DNA from: Octopus vulgaris
Lineage: Eukaryota
Reading direction: 5' to 3'
Length of the DNA stretch: 64,000 nucleotides
Assembly (NCBI GenBank): GCA_951406725.2
Contig: OX597831.1
Coordinates: 67,704,001-67,768,000, forward strand
Position numbers and translations under genes: made by a program. Below are positions 63,703-64,000 of this stretch, piece after piece. Position 1 is the first letter of the stretch, and each line of letters begins with the position of its first letter. Under the pieces are notes generated by a model. It was not told the DNA's origin and did not search any database. It saw nothing but the letters and a program-made list of their open reading frames with translations.

Positions 63703-64000
63703 TCATTTCGATCATCAACTTACAGATATTACAATTTCACATTATTTATTAATTATACAAATAGGAACATGAAAATCGAACAAAACAATATACATCAATA
63801 TGCAAAATAATAATAAAAAAAAATAATACAAATAAACTGTTCCTCACAGCTGTTTCAGCCTGAGCAGTTTATTTGTATTATTTTTCTAATTATTATTTTG
63901 CATATTGATGTATATTGTTTTGTTCGATTTTCATGTTCCTATTTGTATAATTAATAAATAATGTGAAATTGTAATATCCGTAAGTTGATGATCAAAATGA
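63703..64000. repeat. Fold-back element running off the window end, with half a hammerhead in the spacer
   Basis: 63703-63840 is the inverse of 63863-64000. The spacer reads GAAACAGCTGTG on the minus strand. Confidence 0.85.

Overview
Repeat-saturated, AT-rich eukaryotic DNA with no host protein-coding gene that I can support. The SINE and LINE repertoire resembles octopus or another cephalopod; this is inference from recalled families. Contents: a near full-length, mutated Neptune-type Penelope-like element (PLE) in an inverted pLTR arrangement (15191-21835), a second truncated PLE (50488-52410), an R4/Dong-type RLE LINE, RTE/CR1/CRE fragments, Tc1 and mariner elements, two non-autonomous Helitrons, a MITE family carrying telomeric (TTAGGG)n with 8-bp TSDs, many tRNA-derived SINEs and microsatellites. 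The notable layer is RNA structure. Many (TA)n-flanked small elements carry hammerhead ribozyme motifs: minimal type I forms, core variants (U3-A8, A6U, U4C), and three copies from two families of a NON-circularly permuted hammerhead with covarying helices. Two other fold-back, tandem or permuted mini-elements have no hammerhead but share a different conserved hairpin motif. All folding was done by eye and coordinates are hand-counted.
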